Positions 1-9,505 of a stretch of 64,000 nucleotides of DNA are shown one piece after another (position 1 is the stretch's first letter; the number at the start of each line of letters is the position of its first letter). The translations under genes and the position numbers were made by a program. Origin of the DNA: Bacillota bacterium. GTDB taxonomy: Bacteria > Bacillota > Clostridia > Acetivibrionales > JAEXSP01. Under the pieces are notes generated by a model. It ran no database searches. It was given only the letters and a program-made list of their open reading frames with translations, and had not been told where the DNA came from. The stretch spans positions 1-64,000 of the forward strand of contig JAEXSP010000010.1 of NCBI GenBank assembly GCA_023453795.1, given 5' to 3'.

Positions 1-270
1 GAGGTGACTAACAAATTTCTTCAATGCAGGCAGATTGTGTTCCTTAATAGAAAGCTGATTTTTACGCGCAATGTAATCATATTGTGGTGTAATAGCCTCT
101 AAAACAACTACGCCGGCTTTGCCTTTGAAGTAATCTTCATATCGCTTGTAGGTTAATGGGCTTGGGTCACCGTTTGGCAGTGCATCGCAACATTCCATCG
201 CATTGATAACGATACGATTTGGAGCTATTTTCTTTCCGATTTTTAGGGGTGTAAACAATAATTCACTCAT
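1..270 (-). CDS. Partial CDS (5' end; the gene continues past the window edge): Old Yellow Enzyme / NADH:flavin oxidoreductase family, N-terminus
   Basis: Minus-strand translation from ATG at 268-270 gives MSELLFTPLKIGKKIAPNRIVINAMECCDALPNGDPSPLTYKRYEDYF..., which matches the OYE-family N-terminal pattern (F-P-hKhG-hxNRhVhAPM). RBS GGAGGAAATGAT lies upstream. The ORF runs off the window edge. Confidence 0.5.
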   Translation of the reverse strand, partial: MSELLFTPLKIGKKIAPNRIVINAMECCDALPNGDPSPLTYKRYEDYFKGKAGVVVLEAITPQYDYIARKNQLSIKEHNLPALKKFVSHL

Positions 271-307
271 ATCATTTCCTCCGTAGTTTATTTTTATTAA
301 AATTTTA

Positions 308-1456
308 TTAATGTTTTGACATATATTCGTCTACGGCTTTGTCAAATGCCTCATATTTAAGTTTGTTCTGCTCATAACTTTTTTCGTAATAAGATAGATC
401 CCATTCGAAAGCATTATTGGAACGTTGTTTCATATAGGTGCTAAGTACCCAGGATATGCCCTTGTCTGTATTCTTTGCATCAAGAATAATAGAAGGTGTA
501 ATTTGAATTTGCTTTTCGTATGCCTCTTTTGAGAAATACTTTACAATTTGCTGTACGCATAGGTCAGCGCTTAATGAAGGAGGATTTGGAACAGAAATTG
601 CAAGTTTTCCAGCTTTCATCGCATCCCAACCAGAGTCTTTACCATTGTTTGAAACAACAACTACACCATCTTTTCCGTCATCCGGATATTGCTTGATTGG
701 GATGTTGCGTTCTTCAAGAACCTGAATCACACCAAATGCAGTTTCATCATTTGCAGCAAAGACGACATCAAACTTTTCTCCAGAATCGATTAATGCTTCC
801 ATAATCGGAACGGTTTTTTCTTTTTGCCACCCACCACTTGCCAAAACCTTTAGCGGTTTCATTCCAGCTTCATCAAGAGCCATTGCAAAACCCACCACTT
901 CTCCTTCGGCCATTCTCTGACCAAGTTGACCAGGTATTGTGACACATTTGGCTTTTGGATATTTTTCACTAATCCATTGTCCTGCCATATAACCCATCAT
1001 TACATAGCTATCTGTTACATGTCCTTGGATTTCAGATCCTGCTTTCAATTCAGGCTTGCCACCAACATAAAAGATTGGAACACCGGCACTATTTGCAGCT
1101 TTAATAGCAGCAGAGCTACCTGCACTATTTGCACTGATAACTGCAATCGCATCAACGCCTGCAGATATCATATCCTGAACATTAGCCAATTCTTTTTCCG
1201 CACTATATTCGGAGTTTAATTCAACGACTTTCATGCCATAAGATTTCGCTACTGCTGTAAATGCATCACCGAAAGCAGCATAATAGTCATCAGGTCCGGC
1301 ATTTATAAAGGCTAATTTCTTGCTTTTCAGGTCTACGACAGTATTTGCCGTTGTCTCCACAGCCGTGATTGCTTCATCCTCCGGAGCATTGGATGAACAT
1401 GCACTCATGGGCAATACCATTACAAGTGCCATAAATATTACTGCAAGTTTTTTCAT
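308..1456 (-). CDS. Sugar ABC transporter substrate-binding lipoprotein (type-1 periplasmic binding fold, CUT2/ribose-type)
   Basis: The N-terminus has a lipoprotein signal (MKKLAVIFMALVMVLPMSAC). The body resembles ribose/galactose-binding-protein-like PBPs. It is last in an ATPase-permease-SBP operon. Confidence 0.8.
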   Translation of the reverse strand: MKKLAVIFMALVMVLPMSACSSNAPEDEAITAVETTANTVVDLKSKKLAFINAGPDDYYAAFGDAFTAVAKSYGMKVVELNSEYSAEKELANVQDMISAGVDAIAVISANSAGSSAAIKAANSAGVPIFYVGGKPELKAGSEIQGHVTDSYVMMGYMAGQWISEKYPKAKCVTIPGQLGQRMAEGEVVGFAMALDEAGMKPLKVLASGGWQKEKTVPIMEALIDSGEKFDVVFAANDETAFGVIQVLEERNIPIKQYPDDGKDGVVVVSNNGKDSGWDAMKAGKLAISVPNPPSLSADLCVQQIVKYFSKEAYEKQIQITPSIILDAKNTDKGISWVLSTYMKQRSNNAFEWDLSYYEKSYEQNKLKYEAFDKAVDEYMSKH

Positions 1457-1494
1457 GGTTTTCCTCCTTCATTGTTAAACAAATTGTTTTCAGC

Positions 1495-2565
1495 CTATAC
1501 TTTCTGATTCAACCTTGGTTTTGACTCCTTTCTCAATCCGCTATAGTATCCAACGAAAACAGATACAACAATTAATCCTCCTTTCATGACATATTGATAA
1601 TAAGGATTGACTCCCAAAATGTTCAGCGCGTTTGAAATACATCCAAGTAATATAACACCTATCAATGCTCCCCAGACATTTCCCTTTCCGCCGGACATTG
1701 CAGTTCCGCCAACAACAACTGAGGCTATTACATCAATTTCTTTTCCTTGTCCCATGTTTGGACCGCCAGTACCCAATCTGGAAATCATAATCATTGCTGC
1801 AATGGAAACAAAAAATCCATTCAATCCATAAACCCACAATTTGAAATTTTTGACACGGATGCCTGATAAGAATGCAGCACTTTCATTTCCACCTACAAAA
1901 TAAAGGCGACGGCCGAATTTAGTATACTTAATCGCTAACCAAATGATTACCGTCAGTAATATGTAAAAAATAACGGATGAAAATATTTTAAAGTTACTTG
2001 TTATATTGATTGAGGTTTTGCCTATAAATTCAAATTTATCTCCGATGCTAATCTCTCTTCCGTTTGTAATCAGAAAGATTAAGCCTTGATATATGCTCAT
2101 AAATCCTAATGACACAATAAATGATTCTAGTTTCGTACGTGATATAATCAAACCCATCAAGAGCTCACAACCAATAGCTAAGAACATACCGATCAGCACA
2201 ATAATCCAGATCGGTAAATTGCCTGCTTTTATCAGAGAAGCCATCAGCACACCGATGAAGCACATCAGCTGGCCTACTGAAAGATCAATTCCACCCATAA
2301 CCATGACAAGTGTCATACCAATGGCAAGAATACCTGTAATAGATACCTGCTGCAAAACACTTGAAATATTTCTTGCTGACAGAAAAGCAAGATCCTTGAA
2401 TACCATGTCCCTAGCGAAAAAGAATTCGGCGAGGACAACTGAAACAATTACAAGCAGCAATACAAATAAAATGGATGAATTTTCATGATGCATTAGTTTC
2501 CGGGTTAGCACATTTTCTCTCTTTTCTTCATAGCCTAAGTTCTTTTTAATCATCACTGCCACCAC
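1495..2565 (-). CDS. Sugar ABC transporter permease (RbsC/branched-chain-type, CUT2 family)
   Basis: Polytopic membrane protein, about 10 TM, with RbsC-like composition. It overlaps the upstream ATPase gene by 20 nt. Confidence 0.8.
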   Translation of the reverse strand: MVAVMIKKNLGYEEKRENVLTRKLMHHENSSILFVLLLVIVSVVLAEFFFARDMVFKDLAFLSARNISSVLQQVSITGILAIGMTLVMVMGGIDLSVGQLMCFIGVLMASLIKAGNLPIWIIVLIGMFLAIGCELLMGLIISRTKLESFIVSLGFMSIYQGLIFLITNGREISIGDKFEFIGKTSINITSNFKIFSSVIFYILLTVIIWLAIKYTKFGRRLYFVGGNESAAFLSGIRVKNFKLWVYGLNGFFVSIAAMIMISRLGTGGPNMGQGKEIDVIASVVVGGTAMSGGKGNVWGALIGVILLGCISNALNILGVNPYYQYVMKGGLIVVSVFVGYYSGLRKESKPRLNQKV

Positions 2566-4039
2566 CTATTGAGAATTTTAAAATATTTTCTTCTGTCATT
2601 TCCTCTTTTGGAATATTGGCAACCAATCTCCCCTTTCGCATAACCAATACACGATCACTCATTGCAATTAATTCAGGCATATCAGAGGAAATCATTATGA
2701 TACTTTTACCGTCCTTAAGCAGTTGTGTCATGATTTTATATATTTCTTCTTTGGCACCAATATCAATTCCTCGGGTAGGCTCATCAAAAATATAGATGCT
2801 GCCATTGGTTGCAAACCATTTTGCAAGAACTACCTTTTGTTGATTTCCGCCGGATAGTTGATTTACCTTCTTATAAACTGTTGGCGAAACAACATTCATG
2901 CTCTTACAATATTTTTGTGCAACCTTTAAATCTTCCGAAGGCTTTACAAATCGTTTATTATTTTTTGAATACATAGCGATATTGGAATTGCTGAGAATAG
3001 AATGCTGTAGTGATAGACCGGTTGATTGTCTGTCTTCAGTAATAAAGCACATTCCATTTAGAATAGCATCTAAGGGAGAATCGATTTTAACATCTTTCCC
3101 GTCTATTTTGATTTTGCCGGTGTCGGCCTTTTTAACACCGAACAATAGCTCTGCCAATTCAGACCTGCCCGATCCAACCATACCCGAAAAACCAACCAAT
3201 TCACCTTCACGAACAGAAAAAGAGACATCCTGGACACCGTTTCCCGAGAAATCGATGGCTTCGAATTTGATGTTTCCAATATCCACTTTTTCACGTTTAA
3301 AAAAGGAACATACATCACGCCCTACCATGTCATTGATTAAGGTGCATTCATCTAAATCTTTGATATCATAAGTATTGATTTTCATACCATCACGGATGAC
3401 AGTGACGCGATCAGCAATTTCAAACACTTCTTCAAGATGGTGAGAGATATATATAATACTTATTCCTTCGCTAGAGAGCTTTTTGACAATACCTAGAAGA
3501 TTTTTGATTTCTGATTGACTAAAAGAGGCTGTTGGTTCATCAAGAATAATCACTTTTGATTCTTTTATGAATGCTCTTGCAACCTCAACCGTTTTTTGCT
3601 CACCACTTCCAAGTTGACCGACAATATCAAATGGGGAAATAGTAGAATTTAAAAACGTTAATATCTCCGTAGTCTTCTGTACCATTTCAGACTTCCTGAG
3701 CAATCCACCTTTTGTATATTCATTTCCTGCAAATAGATTTTCATATACGCTTAATAGTGGAAACAGATTATGCTCCTGATAGATGGTTTGTACCCCTAGT
3801 TCCATTGCCAAATGAGGCGTATTATTTTCAACAATCTTGCCATCGATATGGATAATCCCACTATCTGGCATATGTGCTCCAGAAAGTATTTTGATCAAAG
3901 TCGATTTTCCGGCACCATTTTCACCACAAATACAATGCACTTCCCCTTTCTGCACATCAAAACAAAGGTTATCAAAAACTTTTACACCCGCGAATGACTT
4001 TGAAATACCATCCATCTGCAGTATCGTTTTGCTTTGCAT
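2546..4039 (-). CDS. Sugar ABC transporter ATP-binding protein with duplicated NBDs (RbsA/MglA-like)
   Basis: Two Walker A motifs (GENGAGKST, GMVGSGRS) and two signature/Walker B regions (LSGGNQQKVVLAKW, IILDEPT/IFDEPT). Length is 497 aa. Confidence 0.85.
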   Translation of the reverse strand: MQSKTILQMDGISKSFAGVKVFDNLCFDVQKGEVHCICGENGAGKSTLIKILSGAHMPDSGIIHIDGKIVENNTPHLAMELGVQTIYQEHNLFPLLSVYENLFAGNEYTKGGLLRKSEMVQKTTEILTFLNSTISPFDIVGQLGSGEQKTVEVARAFIKESKVIILDEPTASFSQSEIKNLLGIVKKLSSEGISIIYISHHLEEVFEIADRVTVIRDGMKINTYDIKDLDECTLINDMVGRDVCSFFKREKVDIGNIKFEAIDFSGNGVQDVSFSVREGELVGFSGMVGSGRSELAELLFGVKKADTGKIKIDGKDVKIDSPLDAILNGMCFITEDRQSTGLSLQHSILSNSNIAMYSKNNKRFVKPSEDLKVAQKYCKSMNVVSPTVYKKVNQLSGGNQQKVVLAKWFATNGSIYIFDEPTRGIDIGAKEEIYKIMTQLLKDGKSIIMISSDMPELIAMSDRVLVMRKGRLVANIPKEEMTEENILKFSIGGGSDD

Positions 4040-4358
4040 TATTACTTGCGCCTCCCCCCTGCATTAATATGAAAAACTTCCAAATATACACTTTAGCATC
4101 GATACTATGTCACATCAAATATGAAGGATCATATTCAAATATTTGATAGTAAATAGATGCGTTTTAGTGTTTTTGCCTAAATTTAAATTGTTTATATACT
4201 TATTATTGTGCAATATTCATAATTTTGCGATTCCAGCAATGTAATAGAGAAATACTAAATAAACCTTAGTATCTCAAGTGTACTTTCTTGAATATATTTT
4301 TTGACTTCCCGTGCCAGACTTACACTGGCAAGTATGCTCCAGCTTCGCTGGATGCGCG

Positions 4359-4392
4359 CAAAAAAACGTCCGAATCAAATTCGGACGCTTTT
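4359..4392. terminator. Bidirectional rho-independent terminator (CGTCCGAAT-caaa-TTCGGACG, flanked by an A-run and a T-run)
   Basis: A perfect 9-bp stem is preceded by AAAAAAA and followed by TTTT. It lies just downstream of the LuxR-family gene (minus strand). Confidence 0.5.
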
Positions 4393-4453
4393 GTATAACT
4401 GTTTTAATATTCAGATTTAGACTTTCTCATCAATGTTACTAATGTATTTTCAT

Positions 4454-5335
4454 TTACATATTCATTTCAAGATATCGTTGCAAATTGTCTTCTGGACTTA
4501 AATTCAATTTTTTACGGATATTTGTACGGTGAAAGTCTACTGCCTTTTTCGTTATATGTAATTGATCAGCAATCTCTTTACTTAACTTGTTTTCAACGAT
4601 TAATTTTGCAATCTGGATTTCCTTCGGTGATAACCTATCTAACAAATATTCTTTCTTCTCAGTAATTGTCTGTGTCGATAAATCCAATTGGCGTTTAACA
4701 ATGTTCATGGCTTCTTTATCTAGTACATTTTCTAAATACCGCAAAACCGGCTGAATAATACGATCAATATTGACCGCAAAATTACGTTCCATTAGTTCTT
4801 TCTCTTTTCGTTTTTCTTCAAGAAAGCCCAACAGAAGTTTATTTTGACTTTCTATTAGCCCGGAAGAGAGCTCTAAATGTTTGAATTTGCTGATGTCTCG
4901 AATATATTCAATGGCAAGAATGACTTCGTTATCATTATCAAATATCGGGGTGCAATAGATTTGCTGCCAGCCAAAAGTAGTCTTGGCATTTTCAAACGGA
5001 ACTATACCTGTAGCCGGATTTTTATCCTTAATCGCCTTCAAAACAGGACAGTTGTTGCATGGCTCTGATCGATGATGATAGACTGCAAAACACTTTCGCC
5101 CTTTCGTTGGTACGTAGTCAGGATACCAACATAAGATTGTTGGGTTGATATATATAATGTTTAAATCCTTATCCAAGAAGCAAATGCCGTCCTGTACAAG
5201 TGTTAGTAAACTTGTAAGCAAGCCGTCACTCAGATCTTCCATGAGACTATCCATTTTAAATTTTTGGGGTTTAGGAATGTGTATCCAATCTTGGTTATCT
5301 GGTACCATTGATTTGTCCTCCGGATATAGTGTCAA
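4454..5335 (-). CDS. LuxR/GerE-family transcriptional regulator with N-terminal PAS-like sensor domain
   Basis: The C-terminus carries a LuxR HTH (LSPKEIQIAKLIVENKLSKEIADQLHITKKAVDFHRTNIRKKL). The N-terminal region has PAS-like features (DGICFLDKDLNIIYIN...). Confidence 0.7.
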   Translation of the reverse strand: MTLYPEDKSMVPDNQDWIHIPKPQKFKMDSLMEDLSDGLLTSLLTLVQDGICFLDKDLNIIYINPTILCWYPDYVPTKGRKCFAVYHHRSEPCNNCPVLKAIKDKNPATGIVPFENAKTTFGWQQIYCTPIFDNDNEVILAIEYIRDISKFKHLELSSGLIESQNKLLLGFLEEKRKEKELMERNFAVNIDRIIQPVLRYLENVLDKEAMNIVKRQLDLSTQTITEKKEYLLDRLSPKEIQIAKLIVENKLSKEIADQLHITKKAVDFHRTNIRKKLNLSPEDNLQRYLEMNM

Positions 5336-5734
5336 TATAAACTCAAAGTTATCGCAATCAATTCTTTAGTATATAACGCATTCTCTGTCCAATTTGAAAT
5401 GCTATATTGATTTTTTCTGGATTTCATATATCAAATCTATAACTTCTTCACAAAAGTATTAATTATGAAAGCATTGACAAGGCTACCATTAACGGTATTC
5501 ACTGAAATTTTGCTATTGAACAATTAAGTATGAAACAGATTATGTCGAGAACCTAACTAGAAAATCGTCAAAAAATTTTATTATTTATGTAAACTATTAT
5601 TGTTTTTAATCATACACTAAAAAAACACAAATGTAAATTGCAAACATTGTATTATAATCAGATATAGAATCGTTTGATCCTCTGAGGATTCGTTGCGTGG
5701 TTATAGTGAGGTTTGGGGCAGGTAATCATTTAAA

Positions 5735-5878
5735 TTATAATTTAAATTTCCATAGTACTTTCGCCTCAAATGAACAGTATATAAATATTTTATCTGCTCG
5801 GTTTTCTACATACTCTAAACAAATCGATACCATATCAGACTGTATCTCACTAAAGAGTTCCTCAAATGTTTTACTCAT
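5735..5878 (-). CDS. Small hypothetical protein (47 aa) with a strong RBS
   Basis: Minus strand: TTGGAGGCAGGT-ATG, then MSKTFEELFSEIQSDMVSICLEYVENRADKIFIYCSFEAKVLWKFKL-TAA. It is below the ORF-track length cutoff and has no recognisable family. Confidence 0.25.
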   Translation of the reverse strand: MSKTFEELFSEIQSDMVSICLEYVENRADKIFIYCSFEAKVLWKFKL

Positions 5879-5955
5879 ACCTGCCTCCAATTAAAGGTTT
5901 ATTATCTATTGTATATATCTGGTCATTTACATAAAATCTATTTTATTAAAATCAA

Positions 5956-6336
5956 CTAAGGTTGAAAAGAACCGATTTTTATGTTTTTTTCTGCAATTCT
6001 TTTTGCAGGTCCATAACTGGGATTTCGCTTCAAAACCTTATTTACTACTTCTAAGCAAAATTCTATTTTACCCTCTTCTTGTAATTCTATAGCAAACTCT
6101 ACAGCAACTTTGTCGTTGCTTTCATTCATTAAGTAAGCCTTTTCTATGTACCTCCTTGCAATATCATGTTTGCCCAGTTGTTTATAACAATAATACATCC
6201 TTTCAAATGTTTTAAAGTGTGGCATTATTTCAATAGACTTTTCAAAATACTCTAAAGCCTTCATAAAATCTTCCATATCAATGTTCTCCATGCCAATATT
6301 ATAAAAATAGCTGCTATCATGTTCCAACTTTATCAC
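5956..6336 (-). CDS. Tetratricopeptide-repeat (TPR) protein
   Basis: The 126-aa product has TPR-like helical repeats (ALEYFEKSIEI..., YYCYKQLGKHDIARRYIEKAY..., LEVVNKVLKRNPSYG). The start appears to be GTG and the RBS is weak, so the start is uncertain. Confidence 0.5.
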   Translation of the reverse strand: MIKLEHDSSYFYNIGMENIDMEDFMKALEYFEKSIEIMPHFKTFERMYYCYKQLGKHDIARRYIEKAYLMNESNDKVAVEFAIELQEEGKIEFCLEVVNKVLKRNPSYGPAKRIAEKNIKIGSFQP

Positions 6337-6563
6337 CTCATACCCATAACAGACAGAGGGAAGTTCTTCTGTCTATCCCTTCAAAATCTTATTAACCCTG
6401 TCTTTCCGTAACTGTTTATCTATTCATGCATATATGGCATAACGGGCACCCACGTATCTTTTGTATAGCTAAATTATACCACATTTCAAGGTAAAAGCAC
6501 TCCAACCTTTAATTCAAAAGGGTTTCAAGCACTTCTTTTAGTCGCTGGTTTTCACATAGTCTG

Positions 6564-6678
6564 CCGTCCCCTGTCACTTAGAGGGGGCATATCAGAATTT
6601 TAATTCGGTTGTCGGCTTCAAATATGTTTAAAACTGAGTTTTTCGTATACCGTGACTAGGAACCGTCCCCTGTCACTT
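6564..6678. repeat. Two exact copies of a 16-bp motif CCGTCCCCTGTCACTT (6564-6579 and 6663-6678), 99 bp apart
   Basis: Exact direct repeat seen in the sequence. The second copy abuts the stop codon of the dockerin gene. The first copy can fold as CCCCT-gtcactt-AG(A)GGGG. Confidence 0.4.
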
Positions 6679-8823
6679 TTATTGAGTTGTACCGCTAACC
6701 AATTCAAATGTCATTTCATTATCATTCCAAAATAGCATTTCAAACGATTTATTTGTACTCGTTCCAGGATGCGGTGTTTGTGCTACAATAGATTGATAAA
6801 CATTAACTGCATTTCGTTTTACCCAACAATCAATGGTAAAGTCTCCACTACCAAAATTCCAATCTTCACTATCCTGAATAATTAATTGACTTGACCCACC
6901 AAAATATCCACTTGCTCCACCAAACTCACTTTGTGCAGTACTTATTTGTGGATTACCATATGCCGCCGTAACTGTCTTCCCACTCTCATCTGTAAATATA
7001 TTTGACCCGTTTGTCCCATCAAAGTGCATTAAAAGCTTCGTATATGCGTCATCTAGCCCTTGCCCCATGATTGTTCCTGAATTAGAGGTCTGAACCTGGG
7101 ACAAAAGCTTTACTATAATTACACAATTTCCTGTTTCGTTAGGATTATTGCTTTTAACCTTTATATAGTATTTTTTTGTTTGAGTGAGATTTGTTTTTAT
7201 ATAGAAATTTTTATTTATCAGGTTTTGGTCATTGTTACTGGCTATTAGATTTGTTGAGGAATCATACAGTTCGGCATATGTATCTGTTGATCCGCTGCTC
7301 TCCAAGGAATATGTACCGTTCCAGACTGTATTGAAGTAAAAGCAGTCAATATCCCCGGGATTATTGATTTTTACGGTTTTCTGAATTCCTATATCTATAG
7401 GATTGGCATTTTCAAAATCATTCCCGTTATCATCATTTATAAGGGTGGTTACATCTATAGGTTCGCTTGCATTCGATATATTGCCTGCAGTATCGTAGGC
7501 TTTTACCGAATAATTATATGTTGTTCCCGATGATAATGTATTGTCTGTATAAGAATTTTTATTTGAGGTTGCAATTCTTTTACTGTTCCTGTATATTTCA
7601 TAGCCCGCTACAGCCGTATTATCTGTGGATTCATTCCAGGTCAGGGTTACTGATGTATCATGCTTCTCTGCTGCCGATAATGCCGCCGGTACTGAAGGAG
7701 GAGTGCTGTCTTTATCGGTAACAACTGTAATAGGTAAACTGTAATCGGACACCCGACCGTCCTGATATATGGCTTTTACCTTGAAAACATTTGCTGAATT
7801 TGGTTTTAAGTTGTTAATTACAGCCATCGTGTTGTCTACGGATGCTGTAAGGGTATCGGACAGATATACTTCATAACCGGAAACGCTTAACCCCGAAGTT
7901 GTTTCCCATGATAAAACGACTGTTGAATCAGTCTTTTCAGTGCATCTCAGATTAATTGGGGCTGATGGACTCGTATTTATTGAATAGGTTGAACTGACAA
8001 CCTCAGAATCCGGCATACCTGCTTTTACAGCATATGCCTTTATTGTTGTATTTGCAGACACTGTTATTGGACCGCTGTATACCTGGGAGCTTGTTGTTGG
8101 TGTACTTTCGTCGGTTGTGTAATATATTGCAGCCCCGGATGTTATACAGCTTATTGTCACTGTTTGGGCAGCCGCGTATGTACCTGCTGCCGGGCTGAAT
8201 GTCGGTGCTGCAACCCGGGGCATAGCCACATTTGTTATGATATTTAGAGGGCTGCTCTCTTCCGAGCGCCTCCCCATTATATCTATTGCAACTATTGTAT
8301 AGGTATAGCTTGTACTTGCCGTGAGTCCTGTATCATTATAGCTTGTCCCGGATGCATTTAATGTTACGGTGCTGTTATCTCCTTGCCTTTTAACCTCATA
8401 CCTACTTATTGCATCAATACCCGAAGACGAAGTCCATGATAAGGTTAACCCGGTATCTGTCAAAGCAGTGGAGGTTAACCCCGATGGAACAGTCGGCTGT
8501 TCTTTCGGAAACCAACTGATTGCTTTAAGAAGGTATTGCTTTATTAAAGCAAGATCCAAAGCGTCAATGTTTCCGCTTCCATCCACATCCCCGGCCCATA
8601 AGTCATCGGCAACAGGAAAGTCCGTAATGCTGCCGGATAAATATTGCTTCATCAGCGCATAATCCAAACCTGACACTACACCATCGTCGTCTAAATCTCC
8701 TACCACTCCTCCGGAATCAGCTGTTGCTGTTATGGATAAAAAATTGATCGGCAGTACAATGCTTGTTGCCAGAATTGCAATGCATAATGCTATTGATATA
8801 TACCCTTTTATTATTTTTCTCAC
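6679..8823 (-). CDS. Cellulosomal protein: signal peptide, N-terminal type-I dockerin, several Fn3 domains, PPC-like domain, C-terminal LamG/concanavalin-like domain
   Basis: Dockerin Ca-binding repeats GDLDDDGVVSGLDYALMKQYL and GDVDGSGNIDALDLALIKQYLL follow the signal peptide. Fn3-like segments are present (PSAPINLRCTEKTDSTVVLSW...GYEVYL). The C-terminal segment resembles the LamG/concanavalin-A-like family. Confidence 0.8.
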   Translation of the reverse strand: MRKIIKGYISIALCIAILATSIVLPINFLSITATADSGGVVGDLDDDGVVSGLDYALMKQYLSGSITDFPVADDLWAGDVDGSGNIDALDLALIKQYLLKAISWFPKEQPTVPSGLTSTALTDTGLTLSWTSSSGIDAISRYEVKRQGDNSTVTLNASGTSYNDTGLTASTSYTYTIVAIDIMGRRSEESSPLNIITNVAMPRVAAPTFSPAAGTYAAAQTVTISCITSGAAIYYTTDESTPTTSSQVYSGPITVSANTTIKAYAVKAGMPDSEVVSSTYSINTSPSAPINLRCTEKTDSTVVLSWETTSGLSVSGYEVYLSDTLTASVDNTMAVINNLKPNSANVFKVKAIYQDGRVSDYSLPITVVTDKDSTPPSVPAALSAAEKHDTSVTLTWNESTDNTAVAGYEIYRNSKRIATSNKNSYTDNTLSSGTTYNYSVKAYDTAGNISNASEPIDVTTLINDDNGNDFENANPIDIGIQKTVKINNPGDIDCFYFNTVWNGTYSLESSGSTDTYAELYDSSTNLIASNNDQNLINKNFYIKTNLTQTKKYYIKVKSNNPNETGNCVIIVKLLSQVQTSNSGTIMGQGLDDAYTKLLMHFDGTNGSNIFTDESGKTVTAAYGNPQISTAQSEFGGASGYFGGSSQLIIQDSEDWNFGSGDFTIDCWVKRNAVNVYQSIVAQTPHPGTSTNKSFEMLFWNDNEMTFELVSGTTQ

Positions 8824-8987
8824 TGAATTATACCCTCCAAAATCTTAAAGTCACAATCCATAATTGTATAATCATGAAATTTATTACATTTAATAATTAT
8901 ATATGACAAAATTGGGTTATTCAATGTAATGCGTCTGCAATGTTTTGACATATTACGACAAAACGCATTATTTTTACAACTTTAGTC

Positions 8988-9011
8988 TAAAAAAAAGAGA
9001 GCCAAGGCTCC
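8988..9011 (-). terminator. Putative rho-independent terminator downstream of the YjbQ gene
   Basis: Minus strand reads GGGAGCCTTGGCTCTC followed by TTTTTTTT, about 15 nt after the YjbQ stop. The stem is short but the U-run is strong. Confidence 0.4.
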
Positions 9012-9025
9012 CTTATCTGAATACT

Positions 9026-9442
9026 TTACTCACCGATTATTTTTACCAGCACTCTTTTCTTCCTTTTGCCGTCAAACTCCCCGTAAAAGATTTGCTCCCA
9101 GGGACCGAAGTCAAGCTTTCCATCCGTTACGGCACATACAACTTCCCTGCCCATGATTGTGCGTTTGATATGTGCGTCTGCATTATCCTCAAATCCGTTA
9201 TGTTTGTACTGATTATAAGGTTTTTCCGGGGCCAGCTTTTCCAAAAACACTTCAAAGTCGGAATGCAAGCCTTTTTCGTCATCATTTATAAAAACGCTTG
9301 AAGTTATGTGCATCGCATTGCAGAGGAGCAATCCCTCTTTGATTCCGCTTTCTCTAAGGCATTTCTCGACCTCAGGTGTAATATTGATAAATTCTCTCCT
9401 CTTGCCTGTTTCAAACCAGAGTTCTTTCCTGTAGCTTTTCAT
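9026..9442 (-). CDS. YjbQ/UPF0047 family protein (secondary thiamine-phosphate synthase-like)
   Basis: The 138-aa length and characteristic segments ([28 protein letters not shown]) fit the YjbQ family. Confidence 0.8.
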   Translation of the reverse strand: MKSYRKELWFETGKRREFINITPEVEKCLRESGIKEGLLLCNAMHITSSVFINDDEKGLHSDFEVFLEKLAPEKPYNQYKHNGFEDNADAHIKRTIMGREVVCAVTDGKLDFGPWEQIFYGEFDGKRKKRVLVKIIGE

Positions 9443-9505
9443 AATTCCGCCTGCCTGTATTCAAAATATTTCCTATACCAAATTATACCTCCCCCAATCA
9501 ATATG

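Noticed and set aside
926-1219. Many 60-215-aa ORFs on the strand opposite to long, well-supported genes. Examples are 926-1219, 10434-11081, 11138-11629, 19881-20276, 22925-23344, 45423-45896, 48879-49466 and 58198-58701.
   Set aside because: They lie antisense inside genes with strong family signatures. They lack RBSs and have low-complexity or Cys/Ser-rich composition typical of antisense frames of AT-rich coding DNA.
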